A stretch of DNA of 64,000 nucleotides from Vampirovibrionales bacterium (GTDB lineage Bacteria; Cyanobacteriota; Vampirovibrionia; Vampirovibrionales; Vampirovibrionaceae). The notes below the pieces were generated by a model. That model was not told where the DNA came from. It did not search any database and saw only the letters and a program-made list of their open reading frames with translations. The position numbers were made by a program, and so were the translations under genes. Below are positions 28,450 to 38,630 of this stretch, piece after piece. The stretch is from NCBI GenBank assembly GCA_029262635.1, contig JAJCZA010000028.1:24437-88436 (forward strand), in the 5' to 3' direction. Within the stretch, counting starts at the first letter, position 1. Every line of letters begins with the position of its first letter.

Positions 28450-29772
28450 TTACAGTGCCAGCCTCATATGAACATCCTCAGCAATGGCATTATAAATAGC
28501 CATAATGCCATCACCATCATTGGTTTCTGCCGTATATTGCTCGCCATCTGTGATGTCTGCGATTTGGTCCAGCAACAAAGCATCCCAGTCATCGTTTTGC
28601 AACATGGCTCGAATCGTGCTCAAGCTACCACTTTGAGAAGGTGGGGGGCCAATTTGAATCGTATGAACCGCAACGTCCATGTCGGCCGCCCGATCGGCTT
28701 CCGCCAGAGTCACCTCGACCATGTAGTCCGTATACCCTGTTGTGCAGTCCAGTGAATAATCATATTTTTCATCCGCTTTATTGCTATAGTAGTCGCCATA
28801 GCTGGTATACCCTCGACTGTAATAGTAATTTGCGTAGCTGGTATAGGTGTTTCCCTTGCTATAGGCATTAATGCAGTCTTTATAATACCAATCCGGGCCA
28901 TCAGGTACATTCGGATAACCGTCTGTTAAAAAGACAATCGTTTTTGACGCGTTTTGCCTACCATTGGTTTCCAGCTCATCTAAGGCTTCTTGCAGGCCCG
29001 AGTGATAATTCGTATTCCACCATTGACTGCCATTATATAAATCCAACTGATCAATGGTGTCCTTAACGGCTTGAAAGTTATTTGAATCATAGGTTGAGGT
29101 CAACTCGATTTCATTGGTCGAGTTAAAATCAAAGGTTACCACCCCAATTCGGTCAATGGATTCACTGTCCAGATCAATCACCTGATCCACATAAGCCAAA
29201 GCTGCGTCTTTTACATCATTAAAGGGCTGACCGTTACCTAAGTTATTCATCGAACCGGATGTATCAATAACCAAAATAACATCCCTTGCCGCTGGTATTG
29301 CTTTCGATCGCGCATGAAGTGTCATGGATGTACACGTTGAGGGGGCTGCTCCCTCTTCAGACGGCTCTTCACCGTCTTGAATCCAATAATCTCCGCCAGA
29401 GGCCAGACTGAGTCCGCATGTGAGTTTTGACATAAGTGTTGGGATTTCAACCTCACCCGAAACCTCGAAGGCGCTCCCATTATAATTAAATTCGAAATTA
29501 CTCGAATCCATTTCCTGCCCAAGAACCGAGTTTTCCAGGGCATAGTCCAGAGCCTCTATTTCGGCTTCCACCTGTCCAATAGGCAGTTTGGCCGCGCCCG
29601 CCAACGCCGCTGCATCCACGGCGGTTTGAAGCTGATTCTGTGCCGCTAGATACACCGGTATATCAACCGCCGCTAATGACGACAGCATTAACCCGACCAA
29701 GAAAACGCCAACGAAAAGCACCTGATTGGCACCAATCCCTTTTTGGCGTTTCAAATATTTCATATTATCCAT
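28450..29772 (-). CDS. TadG-like (Flp pilus-assembly TadE/G-like N-terminus) protein with vWA domain
   Basis: The N-terminal ...VLFVGVFLVGLMLSSLAAVDIPVYLAAQNQLQTAVDAAALAGA matches the Tad N-terminal domain pattern. MIDAS motif DVILVIDTSGSM. A Tyr-rich low-complexity patch is present. Confidence 0.75.
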   Translation of the reverse strand: MDNMKYLKRQKGIGANQVLFVGVFLVGLMLSSLAAVDIPVYLAAQNQLQTAVDAAALAGAAKLPIGQVEAEIEALDYALENSVLGQEMDSSNFEFNYNGSAFEVSGEVEIPTLMSKLTCGLSLASGGDYWIQDGEEPSEEGAAPSTCTSMTLHARSKAIPAARDVILVIDTSGSMNNLGNGQPFNDVKDAALAYVDQVIDLDSESIDRIGVVTFDFNSTNEIELTSTYDSNNFQAVKDTIDQLDLYNGSQWWNTNYHSGLQEALDELETNGRQNASKTIVFLTDGYPNVPDGPDWYYKDCINAYSKGNTYTSYANYYYSRGYTSYGDYYSNKADEKYDYSLDCTTGYTDYMVEVTLAEADRAADMDVAVHTIQIGPPPSQSGSLSTIRAMLQNDDWDALLLDQIADITDGEQYTAETNDGDGIMAIYNAIAEDVHMRLAL

Positions 29773-30070
29773 ACAGACAACACCTCAAACATGCGCCTCA
29801 AAACACACCGGATGAACCGACAAGACTTACCAGAATAATTACATCCAGCAAATATAAGAGCTAACTTCTTCAACAACGTTAATTAATTACATTTCCTCAA
29901 AGCTATCATTCCCCTATTTTTTTTTTGTAAACGCTTTTGTCGACTTTGTTAATATTTATTTACTTTTCTCCTCGTTTATATTTGAGAAAAAAGGGGTAGA
30001 AGAAATAGTAGTGGTCGGTTTATAAAGAGGAACTTTTTACAGTTTCCAAACGAGGAGTATCTTTTAAAAT

Positions 30071-31192
30071 ATGCGGAAACGAGGCCATCGAGTCAAAACT
30101 AAAACTCGAAAATATATGTGCAGTACCGGCTCTGGTAACGGTATCCTCTTGACCATGGGTGTCATTTTCACATCTTTAATGATGGCAGCATTAGCGGTTG
30201 ATATCCCATTTTATTTTTCTATCCAAAACCAACTCCAATCGGCCGCTGAAGCCGCCGCTCTCGCCGGTGGTTATGAGCTTTATAACAGCCCGGGAAACAC
30301 GCCCGAGGATAAAATGTCCGATGCCGATGATCAGGCAACCGATTATGCCGAACTTAATTTTGGAACCAACTTACAAGCAGAAGACATTACCTTTGGCTAC
30401 AACGATTTTATTAATGATACAGGTTTTAGCGCCACCCCCTCTCTAACAGGGTATGAATCAACTGGCGGGTATAACGCCATATCGGTTACAGTTTGGGCCG
30501 ATAGTGAACACACAGACAACCCCACCGCTGGGCCTGTCCCCACTATCTTTGCAAACCTATTTGGTATTCAGGAGTTTGACACTGCGGCGACGGCCACAGC
30601 GGCTTTAGATAATCGAATTGGCGGAATGAGCGGCCTGAGACCCATCTACGGCTGCCAAACTCAGTGGGATTTGGCTGGTTCGGATGGTGATTTGACCAAT
30701 GATGTGGTTCAAATTTATGGCGATGAATTCCGACTCAATGGCGACCCCCTAACCTGCCCGGTTCCTGGACCCGGAAACTGGGGGTTTGCGGATTTAAGAG
30801 ACTGTAGCCCAGGCTCGCCAGGTACATCCAATATGCGTGACTGGTTTCGGGATGGTTATCCCGGTGAAGTCTCTACAGGCGAATGTTACAGTACATCACC
30901 AGGGAATTTTATCAGTGCCATTAGTGGTGAACTAGACACTTTAATTGCCGATGAAACTATTATTACTATCCCGATTATTGATGGTTTTAACGGCGGTGGC
31001 TCGAATACGAATGTGGATGTTTCCAGCTTTGCGGGCTTTGTTATCACCGATTACAAAGCCAACGGCCCAGCCAGTGGACGCTATATTGAGGGTTACTTCA
31101 CGTCAACCACCTGCTCTAGTAATTGTTCTGTTGACCCGAACATGATGAATGGTGGAAGTATTGCCAAGCTTCGATTGGTCAATGGGAACTAA
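30071..31192 (+). CDS. TadG-like protein (no vWA domain)
   Basis: Same N-terminal pattern (GILLTMGVIFTSLMMAALAVDIPFYFSIQNQLQSAAEAAALAGG). The C-terminal GNWGFADL...PG....IPIID...GFAGFVI block is seen in TadG-related proteins. Divergent from 28450..29772. Confidence 0.65.
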   Translation: MRKRGHRVKTKTRKYMCSTGSGNGILLTMGVIFTSLMMAALAVDIPFYFSIQNQLQSAAEAAALAGGYELYNSPGNTPEDKMSDADDQATDYAELNFGTNLQAEDITFGYNDFINDTGFSATPSLTGYESTGGYNAISVTVWADSEHTDNPTAGPVPTIFANLFGIQEFDTAATATAALDNRIGGMSGLRPIYGCQTQWDLAGSDGDLTNDVVQIYGDEFRLNGDPLTCPVPGPGNWGFADLRDCSPGSPGTSNMRDWFRDGYPGEVSTGECYSTSPGNFISAISGELDTLIADETIITIPIIDGFNGGGSNTNVDVSSFAGFVITDYKANGPASGRYIEGYFTSTTCSSNCSVDPNMMNGGSIAKLRLVNGN

Positions 31193-31201
31193 AAACAACT
31201 C

Positions 31202-32305
31202 TTAGTCATTTAAAACCCGTTTACAAACCACACCATAAATAGCTTTCGCCACCGGGACCCCGTCAATCACATATTCCATAATTAACTGACCATTCAGCTG
31301 GTCGTTGGGCATGCAAGAGACAATCAGGGTTTCAATACGCTTCCACAGGGCGTTGGTCTCATACTCGTAACGCGTCGTAATGACCGCTGTGTTGCCAAAC
31401 GATTGAACCGGCACTTCAGACACTCGAAACACCCGTTGTCGGCTTGGTTCAATGTTAATCCCAAAATTATCGTATTCAACATCCAGCAGTTTCGACTCTT
31501 CCTCCCAGTCGCCACAGAAGCGACGTACATTAAATTTTGAGGTGGCTTCCAAAGTTATTTGGGATGACTTTTCCAACGTTTGCTGAAGTTCTCGGATTCG
31601 ACAATCGAGAATCATCTCCATTTCATGATAATTTTCTTTTGATTTTTCCAGACCAATGCTCAGGCTCGCAATATCTTTTTGAGCCTCTTGACGCATTTTC
31701 TCCGAAGCAATCAACTGCTTCTGAAGTTGAGCTTTTTCGTCCAACAGTTGGAAATTTTTATTCTCTTTGAGTTCTTCTCGTAAAGCGTCTACTGTATCCG
31801 TCAGGGTTTTTACCTTTTTGTGAAACAGGTTATTGGCATTGTAGAGATGGGAGTTCAGCTTTTCCGTTTCCATCAGCTTACGGTGCAGTTGTTCTTTTTC
31901 CGTATTCAGGGTTTCAATCATGCCAAGCATGCTATTTGACGCACTGGAAACTTGACCCTTAAGCAAGGTCGAAGCCTTCGGTACCGTAGCATAAGTCTTT
32001 ACAGAAGATTCGCTGACCCGGGTTACGGGTTTCAAGGACGCTTGCGGGCGTGAGGATTGCTCGGCGGGGAGTTGAATTAAATCTCGAATTTCCGCCAGTG
32101 TCCGACCTAAAGCTAAATGCTTCCGGATATTTTTAAAAAGGTTCACATGATGTGGGCTGTATTGTTTCTGCCCTTCCCTATTAACCGGAATCATCAAACC
32201 CAACTCCTGTTGCCAGGATTCCAGAGTCTTCTGGTCAATATCAAATTGTTCTAAACGATCTAAAACAGTTTCTAAGGTAAACAACCGCTTGGCTCCCCAA
32301 ATCAT
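31202..32305 (-). CDS. MerR-type HTH protein with long coiled coil and unknown C-terminal domain
   Basis: The N-terminal FTLETVLDRL...TLESWQQELGLMIPVNREGQKQYS...L..I......G.TLAEIRDLI follows the MerR HTH pattern. The central part is heptad-rich. Confidence 0.5.
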   Translation of the reverse strand: MIWGAKRLFTLETVLDRLEQFDIDQKTLESWQQELGLMIPVNREGQKQYSPHHVNLFKNIRKHLALGRTLAEIRDLIQLPAEQSSRPQASLKPVTRVSESSVKTYATVPKASTLLKGQVSSASNSMLGMIETLNTEKEQLHRKLMETEKLNSHLYNANNLFHKKVKTLTDTVDALREELKENKNFQLLDEKAQLQKQLIASEKMRQEAQKDIASLSIGLEKSKENYHEMEMILDCRIRELQQTLEKSSQITLEATSKFNVRRFCGDWEEESKLLDVEYDNFGINIEPSRQRVFRVSEVPVQSFGNTAVITTRYEYETNALWKRIETLIVSCMPNDQLNGQLIMEYVIDGVPVAKAIYGVVCKRVLND

Positions 32306-32534
32306 TAAAATAGCTTCAGTCCCTATGATGATATTATAAGGGAATCAAGAGAGATGTAAATATTACACATGTCAAGCCACGCTCCCAACCCCTTTGCCTC
32401 ACAGGTAACCCTTACGCCTCCTGAATTTAACGCCTTACAAGCTACACCTACCTGTTTACACAGTTTATATATATTACTTAACAAGTGCTTTTACTTCCTT
32501 TTTTATACATCAACAAACGAAAGCAAGCATCACC

Positions 32535-33332
32535 GTGATTCCCGACGCTCCCCTCCTTTTCTTCATTGGTCTAATTATCGGCACACTCGCTGGTATGTTG
32601 GGTATTGGCGGAGGCATCCTTATGATTCCTGCTTTGCTCTATATTCCACCCGTATTTGATCTGCCAACACTTGGCATTAAAACGGCTACCGGAGTTGCTT
32701 CTGCCCAAGCCTTAGCCAGTAGTCTCTCTGCTTCGTGGGTGCATTATCATAGGAGAAACATGCTTCTGCCTCTGGTGCTTGTTCTTGGCGGAAGTGCTAT
32801 GCTTGGTGGTTATCTAGGAGGGCTAAGCACCGGATATTTTCCGGATATAGCCCTAAAAACGATCCTAATCCTCGCTTTGGGAAGCGTCATTTTTCTCTAC
32901 CTCAAAAGGAAAAGCCATGGTGATGAAGAGAAGAAACTCTCACTCAGCCTAAAAGAAACCATCACACGCCGTCACATCGGTCTTTCTGCCTTTCTTTCCA
33001 TTGGTGTAGGATACCTCTCCGGCTTACTAGGTATCGGCGGCTCTATTTTTCTTATTCCAATGATGTACACTCTCTTGCTTATCCCCACCAAAAACACCAT
33101 TGGAACCGGTACAGGAACCGTTTTCCTCATTGCGTTAGCCTCATTCTCCGGCAAGCTTCAACAAGGGTTTATTCCGTTGGAGGCATCTCTCCTTGTCACG
33201 GCCGGTGCTTTTATCGGAGGCGTAACCGGCGCACGACTGACCAACCGGTTCTCCGCTCAACTTCTCAAAGGGCTTTTCCTTAGCTTGATGATTCTGGCGT
33301 TGGTTCGGGTGTTGATTGAACTGCTTTTTTAG
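32535..33332 (+). CDS. TSUP (TauE/SafE) family anion permease
   Basis: Duplicated G.GGG.L.IP motifs (GIGGGILMIP, GIGGSIFLIP) and about 8 TM helices. Confidence 0.8.
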   Translation: MIPDAPLLFFIGLIIGTLAGMLGIGGGILMIPALLYIPPVFDLPTLGIKTATGVASAQALASSLSASWVHYHRRNMLLPLVLVLGGSAMLGGYLGGLSTGYFPDIALKTILILALGSVIFLYLKRKSHGDEEKKLSLSLKETITRRHIGLSAFLSIGVGYLSGLLGIGGSIFLIPMMYTLLLIPTKNTIGTGTGTVFLIALASFSGKLQQGFIPLEASLLVTAGAFIGGVTGARLTNRFSAQLLKGLFLSLMILALVRVLIELLF

Positions 33333-34788
33333 TGTCCGCCTGAATTTCTTCATCGGATAAGGAATATTGAGCATCCTTCGGGTTAATAAAATAATTGTTC
33401 ACATCGTTGAACACCACAAACCCCATGAGCGCCAATAGACCAATAAAACCGAACTGAACCGCCGTTTCCTGAATCTCTTTTTTAACAGGTGAGCCTTTAA
33501 GTGCTTCTATAATTAAAAAGAAAATATGCCCACCATCCAATGCGGGAATAGGTAACAGATTCATAACCGCCAAAATGATACTAATAATAGCCATGAGGAC
33601 AAGTCCCTGCTGAAATCCCCGCTGGTCAATCATTTTTCCGCCCTCGGCGACAATGCCAATCGGCCCGGATAGCATCTTGGTATCGGCCTGTCCTGTAAAG
33701 ATTTTACCCATCATTTCAAAGTTCAACACAATAAACCGGGATAAATATTCGGCGGATTTTGCCGAAGCCGACAGGGGGTTTGAGTCCTTCTCATAAATAA
33801 CTCGTCCCGGTACCAGCTGAACACCAATTTTCCCTTCTTCATTGGTCTTCAGCATTACTTCAAAGGGCTCGGAATCGCCTCGCTTAACCACAACCGGGAA
33901 AGCTTCCCCCTTGTGACGACTGATCATATCCTGAACAAAGTCCAACCGTTCCATCACCAGACGAATATCTCCACTCAAAGGAACGTGATTGACTTCAGTT
34001 ACTTTATCCATTGGAGTCAGCCCCGCTTTTGAGGCCGGTGAGGTTTCTTCAAGTGAGGTCACCACGACGCCCACCTGATCTTCCGGTATATCAAATGTGA
34101 CGCCCAACTCGCCTTTTCCATCCAGAACCGCTTGTACGTGTTCCGTTTCATAAATTTGTGGCGGGGTCGATAGTGACGCTTCGCCTTGCTTTTCCTGCAT
34201 TGGGGTTGTGATGTTTTTCATTACCGTTAAGGCCACTTGCCCGTCCGTGCTTTCGGCGATTAACGCCTTAGCTTTAGCCACACGGCTTGCACGCTCTCGC
34301 TCAAAGTCATTAACCCTTTCCCCGTCAATGGCTACAATTTGATCATCATTCTTCAAGCCTGCAATAGCCGCACCAGTGCGCTCACCCATAACCTGAATGG
34401 TTATATCCACGCCCTGCGCATTGGGCAATCCCCATACCATAATCACAGCCGTCATAATCGCCCAGCCCAAAAAGGCGTTAACCGTTACACCAGCGATCAT
34501 GACCGCAAAGCGTTGCAAAACCGTTTTATTCTCCAGCCGTTCCGGTGAATCCGCCGGAATCTCGCTATCGGGATCGTCGTCCGGAAAAGAAACGAATCCG
34601 CCAAACAATGCCGGATAAATGCAATACTCGGTCTCACCCACTTTTTTAGACCATAGCGCCGGACCAAACGGTAAACCAAATCCAAATTTCTCTACTCGGA
34701 TACCACACTTTCGAGCCACCCAGAAATGGCCGAATTCATGGGCAATAATCAAAATACTAATCAGGACGAGCATTAAAATAACGGACAA
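33280..34788 (-). CDS. rseP: RIP metalloprotease RseP (site-2 protease, M50) with PDZ domains
   Basis: HEFGHFWVARKCGIRVEKFGFG zinc motif, central PDZ-like segments, and a C-terminal NLLPIPALDGGH motif. Confidence 0.85.
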   Translation of the reverse strand: MSVILMLVLISILIIAHEFGHFWVARKCGIRVEKFGFGLPFGPALWSKKVGETEYCIYPALFGGFVSFPDDDPDSEIPADSPERLENKTVLQRFAVMIAGVTVNAFLGWAIMTAVIMVWGLPNAQGVDITIQVMGERTGAAIAGLKNDDQIVAIDGERVNDFERERASRVAKAKALIAESTDGQVALTVMKNITTPMQEKQGEASLSTPPQIYETEHVQAVLDGKGELGVTFDIPEDQVGVVVTSLEETSPASKAGLTPMDKVTEVNHVPLSGDIRLVMERLDFVQDMISRHKGEAFPVVVKRGDSEPFEVMLKTNEEGKIGVQLVPGRVIYEKDSNPLSASAKSAEYLSRFIVLNFEMMGKIFTGQADTKMLSGPIGIVAEGGKMIDQRGFQQGLVLMAIISIILAVMNLLPIPALDGGHIFFLIIEALKGSPVKKEIQETAVQFGFIGLLALMGFVVFNDVNNYFINPKDAQYSLSDEEIQADTKKAVQSTPEPTPESSS

Positions 34789-34904
34789 AGCGGAACCTCC
34801 AATGAGATATTAAAAATCAGAAAAACCAGACAAAATAATGGATATCGAGTCTAATCTCTTGATTTTACCGGATATTTGGCTCGGTTACTATCCATTTTTT
34901 AAAA

Positions 34905-36095
34905 TTAGTTTAAGTTCAGATAGTAAAACCCTCTCTCTGATAGAAATTCAAGAAGGCTTATTGTAACCAGAAAGCCGACAATAATTTGCGGCAGACCACT
35001 TTTCCAAAGACGCCTTAAAAAGCCCGGATCGGCATGAGGTGCTTTCGAAAACTGTCTAAGTACCTCTTTTCCGGCAGCAATACCACTGGCTAATTGTTTT
35101 TCTGTCGGTGGTTTGGTTGTAAAATTCCTCTGAAGCCACGCTCCCATTCGCCGCCAATAACGAGCAATTAGAATGACACACAAGAACATGTATAACAGTT
35201 CGCCCCCAAAATTCAGATAGGGACGCATCACTTCCAGCGAAAGCATCCCCAACTGAATGCTTCCAAGAAGAGCCATAATATTAGTGCCACACCGGTTATG
35301 AACTCTGGAGTTTACCCTCACCCGTTCTGGTGTTAAAGCCATTCCCCTTTCGGTGGTGTTAATGGTCATATGCTCTGCCGCATGGTAGCCGGCTATCGGG
35401 GTAATGCGTAATAAAACTAAAATTGTTCCCATAGTGAAGGCGTATTCCAGTAAAAGCATAGAAATCCCTTCATGAGCATTCGTCAAAGGGACCATTGGCG
35501 GAAATAAAGCCAACAGCCAACTACTAGAAATAAAATACGACCAGCGCGCTACAAAAACCATCAGGGCAAATACCACGCCCGTCAATGCCAGCCCATGCCA
35601 CCCCGGCCCACCAGAATACACACCCGACGTAATGTAAACACCTAATGGGGTGGCCAGCCCGCCCATGCGAGGCGGCATAACAACGCCACTGTGGAGTAAC
35701 CGGAGCAATTCTCGTCGACAAGCACAATAGCCACTATACACGCCCTCTTCATCAATGATGGGAATCAGGCTATCCAAAGCCTCATCTGAAGCAAACAGAG
35801 TTCGGGCCGCTTCCACCGAAGCGTTCTTATCCAATGCAATCAGGGCCGGCTGCTCGTCCTGATGCCTTAGCAGCACTTCCGGGCCAAAGCGCAATAAGTC
35901 CACGTCTCTAATCACGTTAATCAGCCGGTTATCATCATTCACCACTGGCAGAAGATGATATTGCGATAACAGCAATAAAAGTTCCTGAGCATCCGTACAC
36001 GCTTTGGCAGGACGAACGGGAATCGCAATGGTTGTGATATTCAGTCCCTCAAGGCGATTTAAGTTTAGGCCAAAAGTTTCAGTCTGGAGCATCAA
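34905..36095 (-). CDS. CBS-pair domain fused to DUF1385-like membrane domain
   Basis: The N-terminal ~140 aa look like a CBS pair. The membrane part carries GYHAAEHMTIN and HNRCGTN motifs, recalled from DUF1385/YqhQ (YHGAEHK, HPRCGT). Confidence 0.5.
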   Translation of the reverse strand: MMLQTETFGLNLNRLEGLNITTIAIPVRPAKACTDAQELLLLLSQYHLLPVVNDDNRLINVIRDVDLLRFGPEVLLRHQDEQPALIALDKNASVEAARTLFASDEALDSLIPIIDEEGVYSGYCACRRELLRLLHSGVVMPPRMGGLATPLGVYITSGVYSGGPGWHGLALTGVVFALMVFVARWSYFISSSWLLALFPPMVPLTNAHEGISMLLLEYAFTMGTILVLLRITPIAGYHAAEHMTINTTERGMALTPERVRVNSRVHNRCGTNIMALLGSIQLGMLSLEVMRPYLNFGGELLYMFLCVILIARYWRRMGAWLQRNFTTKPPTEKQLASGIAAGKEVLRQFSKAPHADPGFLRRLWKSGLPQIIVGFLVTISLLEFLSERGFYYLNLN

Positions 36096-36321
36096 TGTTA
36101 TCCTTGCTTGCCTTGATTATAGACTATTTCCAACGGGTTTAACAAAATTCCTGACTTGTTTGCTTGCCTGCTTGATTTGAATGATAGCCCACCCCATGAA
36201 ACTGTAAAACTACGTTAAAATAGAGTAGGAAGGAAGAGGCTCAGTATAAGATCAAAGGAACGAGTATAAACCCTCCTCACCCATACTCTTACTGTTTTAA
36301 TGGAAAGAACATGAGTACCCC

Positions 36322-38613
36322 ATGGCCAAAGCACTCCATCTTGAAAAAACCGCCATCGCCCTTACCCTTGGACTTCTTTCTGTTCAGATTTTCTCAGGCA
36401 TCGCGTTAGCTGATGGAAAACCAAACAACACATCGAGGTCCAAAAAGCCCCTATCCGGCCAAACCTCAGCCAACGCGCAAGAACTGGCTAGAGACTACGC
36501 CACTATTGCTTACGGCTATTACTTAAAAGGAAATTTAAAATCCTCACTTGATCATTATGAACAAGCGCTTCGCTATGACCCGACCAACAGGGGGATTCAA
36601 AAGGAGTATCTTGAAATCCTTCAGGTTTCAGGGGACACGGCGCGCCTTCGAACCTATCTTGTAACCTACACCAAGCAAGCCCAAAGCAAAAAAACAGACC
36701 CTGATTTACTTTTAAAACTGTCTAATCTGCATCTGCAAGCCCAAAATCCGAAAGCGGCCCTGACGCTTCTGGATAAGATCGAAAATAAAAAGTTTCGCCG
36801 AAAGCAGTCACAGACGATTAACCTCATCAAAGCCAAGGCTTACGACTCTCTTGAAAATCATCGACAAGCCTATCGATATGCACGAAAAGTCATAAAACGC
36901 TCAGACAGCCAACAAGACCAGTGGCAAGCACAAGCCATTATTGGGAATACCCATTTTCAGGCGAAAAAATTTGACTCTGCCGCACGAGCGTACGAAAAAG
37001 TTTTGCAAAAAAACACCTCCCATAAACAATCACTCATTCGACTGGCAGATATTTATGGTCATCAGAAAAAGCCGGAAAAAGCTCTCATTCTGTATCAACG
37101 CTATCTGACATTTAATAAAAGTAATCCAGAGCTTCTCCTACGTATTGCCCGTCTATCCAAAGCTCTTGGCCGAAACGAAGATGCCTATCATTACTACGAA
37201 GCCCTACTGAAAAACGACCCCAATAGCGTGGAAGCCCTGTTTGAAACTGGCTATCAGGACTATCAAAACGGACGAGAGGCCATCGCATTAAGTCGTCTAA
37301 CCCAATTTACTCAGCAGGTTCCTGACAACGCCGAAGCCTTGTATTACATCAGCAAACTCCGTTATACCCAAGATAACAATGAAGAGATTTATCGCCGACG
37401 GTTAGAACACGTGGTTTCCCTGGCTCCTCGAAACTTGGATTACCTGAACGCCCTTCGGGCAGTCTACGCCAACCAGCAAGATCAATCCGGGCTGGCCAAC
37501 GTCCTCCAAAAGATTCTCGATGTGGATCCAGAAAATGAAAACGCCCTATATACCTATGGTCTCATTGAACTAGAACGTAGCAACAGCAACCATGCTGTTG
37601 AACTGTTTAGCCGCGCTCGAACACTAAACCCAGAAAGCGCAGACTACCCTTATTTTCGAGGTAAAGCCTACCAGAAAACAGGGGAAACAGATAAGGCGCT
37701 AACCGATTTCTTAAGCACCATTACCCTGAATAACAGCTATACAGATGCCCATCAGCAGGCCGGGCTCATCTACTACCAACAAAAAAAACGAGACTTAGCA
37801 AAAAAACACTTGGGCACCGCTGTATCCCAAGATAGAACCTTGCTTAAGCCCAATCTGGCCTTGGGGAAAATTTATCTTGAAGACGAAAAACTCACTCAGG
37901 CCGAACCGTATTTCCTGAACGCCGTCAAACTCAAGCCAAAAGACGCCTTTGTGCTTTACCAAACGGGCACGGTTTACACACAAATGGACGATTTTGCTCA
38001 GGCCATTCCCTACTACCGCCGTGCCTTGACAGTTAATAAGGATGATATGGCCACACTCGTGAATTTAGGGAACGCTTATATGCGAAATGGCGAACCGAAA
38101 AAGGCGATCCTACTCTTGTTTCGAGCCACTGAACGAGATCCCTTAAACCCAGCGCGTTATAGCGCCCTCGGCGTTGCTTATACCCGTGCCGGGCTTTTTC
38201 CCGATGCCATTGAGGCCCTGAAAAAAGCCATCGAACTCGACCCACATAAGATACTTTATCGTTATAATCTGGGCCAAGCCTACAGCGGCATCCCAGATCG
38301 AGATCGGGCGCTTGCTGAATACAGTCAAGCACTCCATGGCACAGCCAAAACACCCGATGATTTTTTTAACCAGGGACGAATCATGCATCGAATGGGCATG
38401 TATAACGACGCCATTATAAGCTTCCAGCGTGCCCTCAAAAATTATCCGACCCAGCTTGAAAAGGCCCAGGTTTATCGTGCCATGGGATACACATATCAAG
38501 CGCTAAACAATCAGCCGTCCGCTTTGAGTCAGTTTAGACACTATCTCGCTATTATCCCCAAGGGTGCTCAGGCCGAAAAAATTCGGACACATATGAATAC
38601 CTTGTCGAAATAA
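36322..38613 (+). CDS. secreted TPR-repeat protein
   Basis: Signal peptide, then more than 15 TPR-like 34-aa repeats (A..YY..AL..DP.N..AL..LG..Y). Confidence 0.8.
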   Translation: MAKALHLEKTAIALTLGLLSVQIFSGIALADGKPNNTSRSKKPLSGQTSANAQELARDYATIAYGYYLKGNLKSSLDHYEQALRYDPTNRGIQKEYLEILQVSGDTARLRTYLVTYTKQAQSKKTDPDLLLKLSNLHLQAQNPKAALTLLDKIENKKFRRKQSQTINLIKAKAYDSLENHRQAYRYARKVIKRSDSQQDQWQAQAIIGNTHFQAKKFDSAARAYEKVLQKNTSHKQSLIRLADIYGHQKKPEKALILYQRYLTFNKSNPELLLRIARLSKALGRNEDAYHYYEALLKNDPNSVEALFETGYQDYQNGREAIALSRLTQFTQQVPDNAEALYYISKLRYTQDNNEEIYRRRLEHVVSLAPRNLDYLNALRAVYANQQDQSGLANVLQKILDVDPENENALYTYGLIELERSNSNHAVELFSRARTLNPESADYPYFRGKAYQKTGETDKALTDFLSTITLNNSYTDAHQQAGLIYYQQKKRDLAKKHLGTAVSQDRTLLKPNLALGKIYLEDEKLTQAEPYFLNAVKLKPKDAFVLYQTGTVYTQMDDFAQAIPYYRRALTVNKDDMATLVNLGNAYMRNGEPKKAILLLFRATERDPLNPARYSALGVAYTRAGLFPDAIEALKKAIELDPHKILYRYNLGQAYSGIPDRDRALAEYSQALHGTAKTPDDFFNQGRIMHRMGMYNDAIISFQRALKNYPTQLEKAQVYRAMGYTYQALNNQPSALSQFRHYLAIIPKGAQAEKIRTHMNTLSK

Positions 38614-38630
38614 ATAATCGCCCGCTGGTG

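Noticed and set aside
23884-29772. A possible MoxR-like AAA+ / vWA functional pair: the AAA ATPase at 23884..25227 and the vWA-containing TadG-like protein at 28450..29772.
   Set aside because: The two are separated by a large acyl-CoA dehydrogenase gene and a strong terminator at ~28000. The ATPase motifs do not look MoxR-like. The same-strand proximity is probably coincidental.
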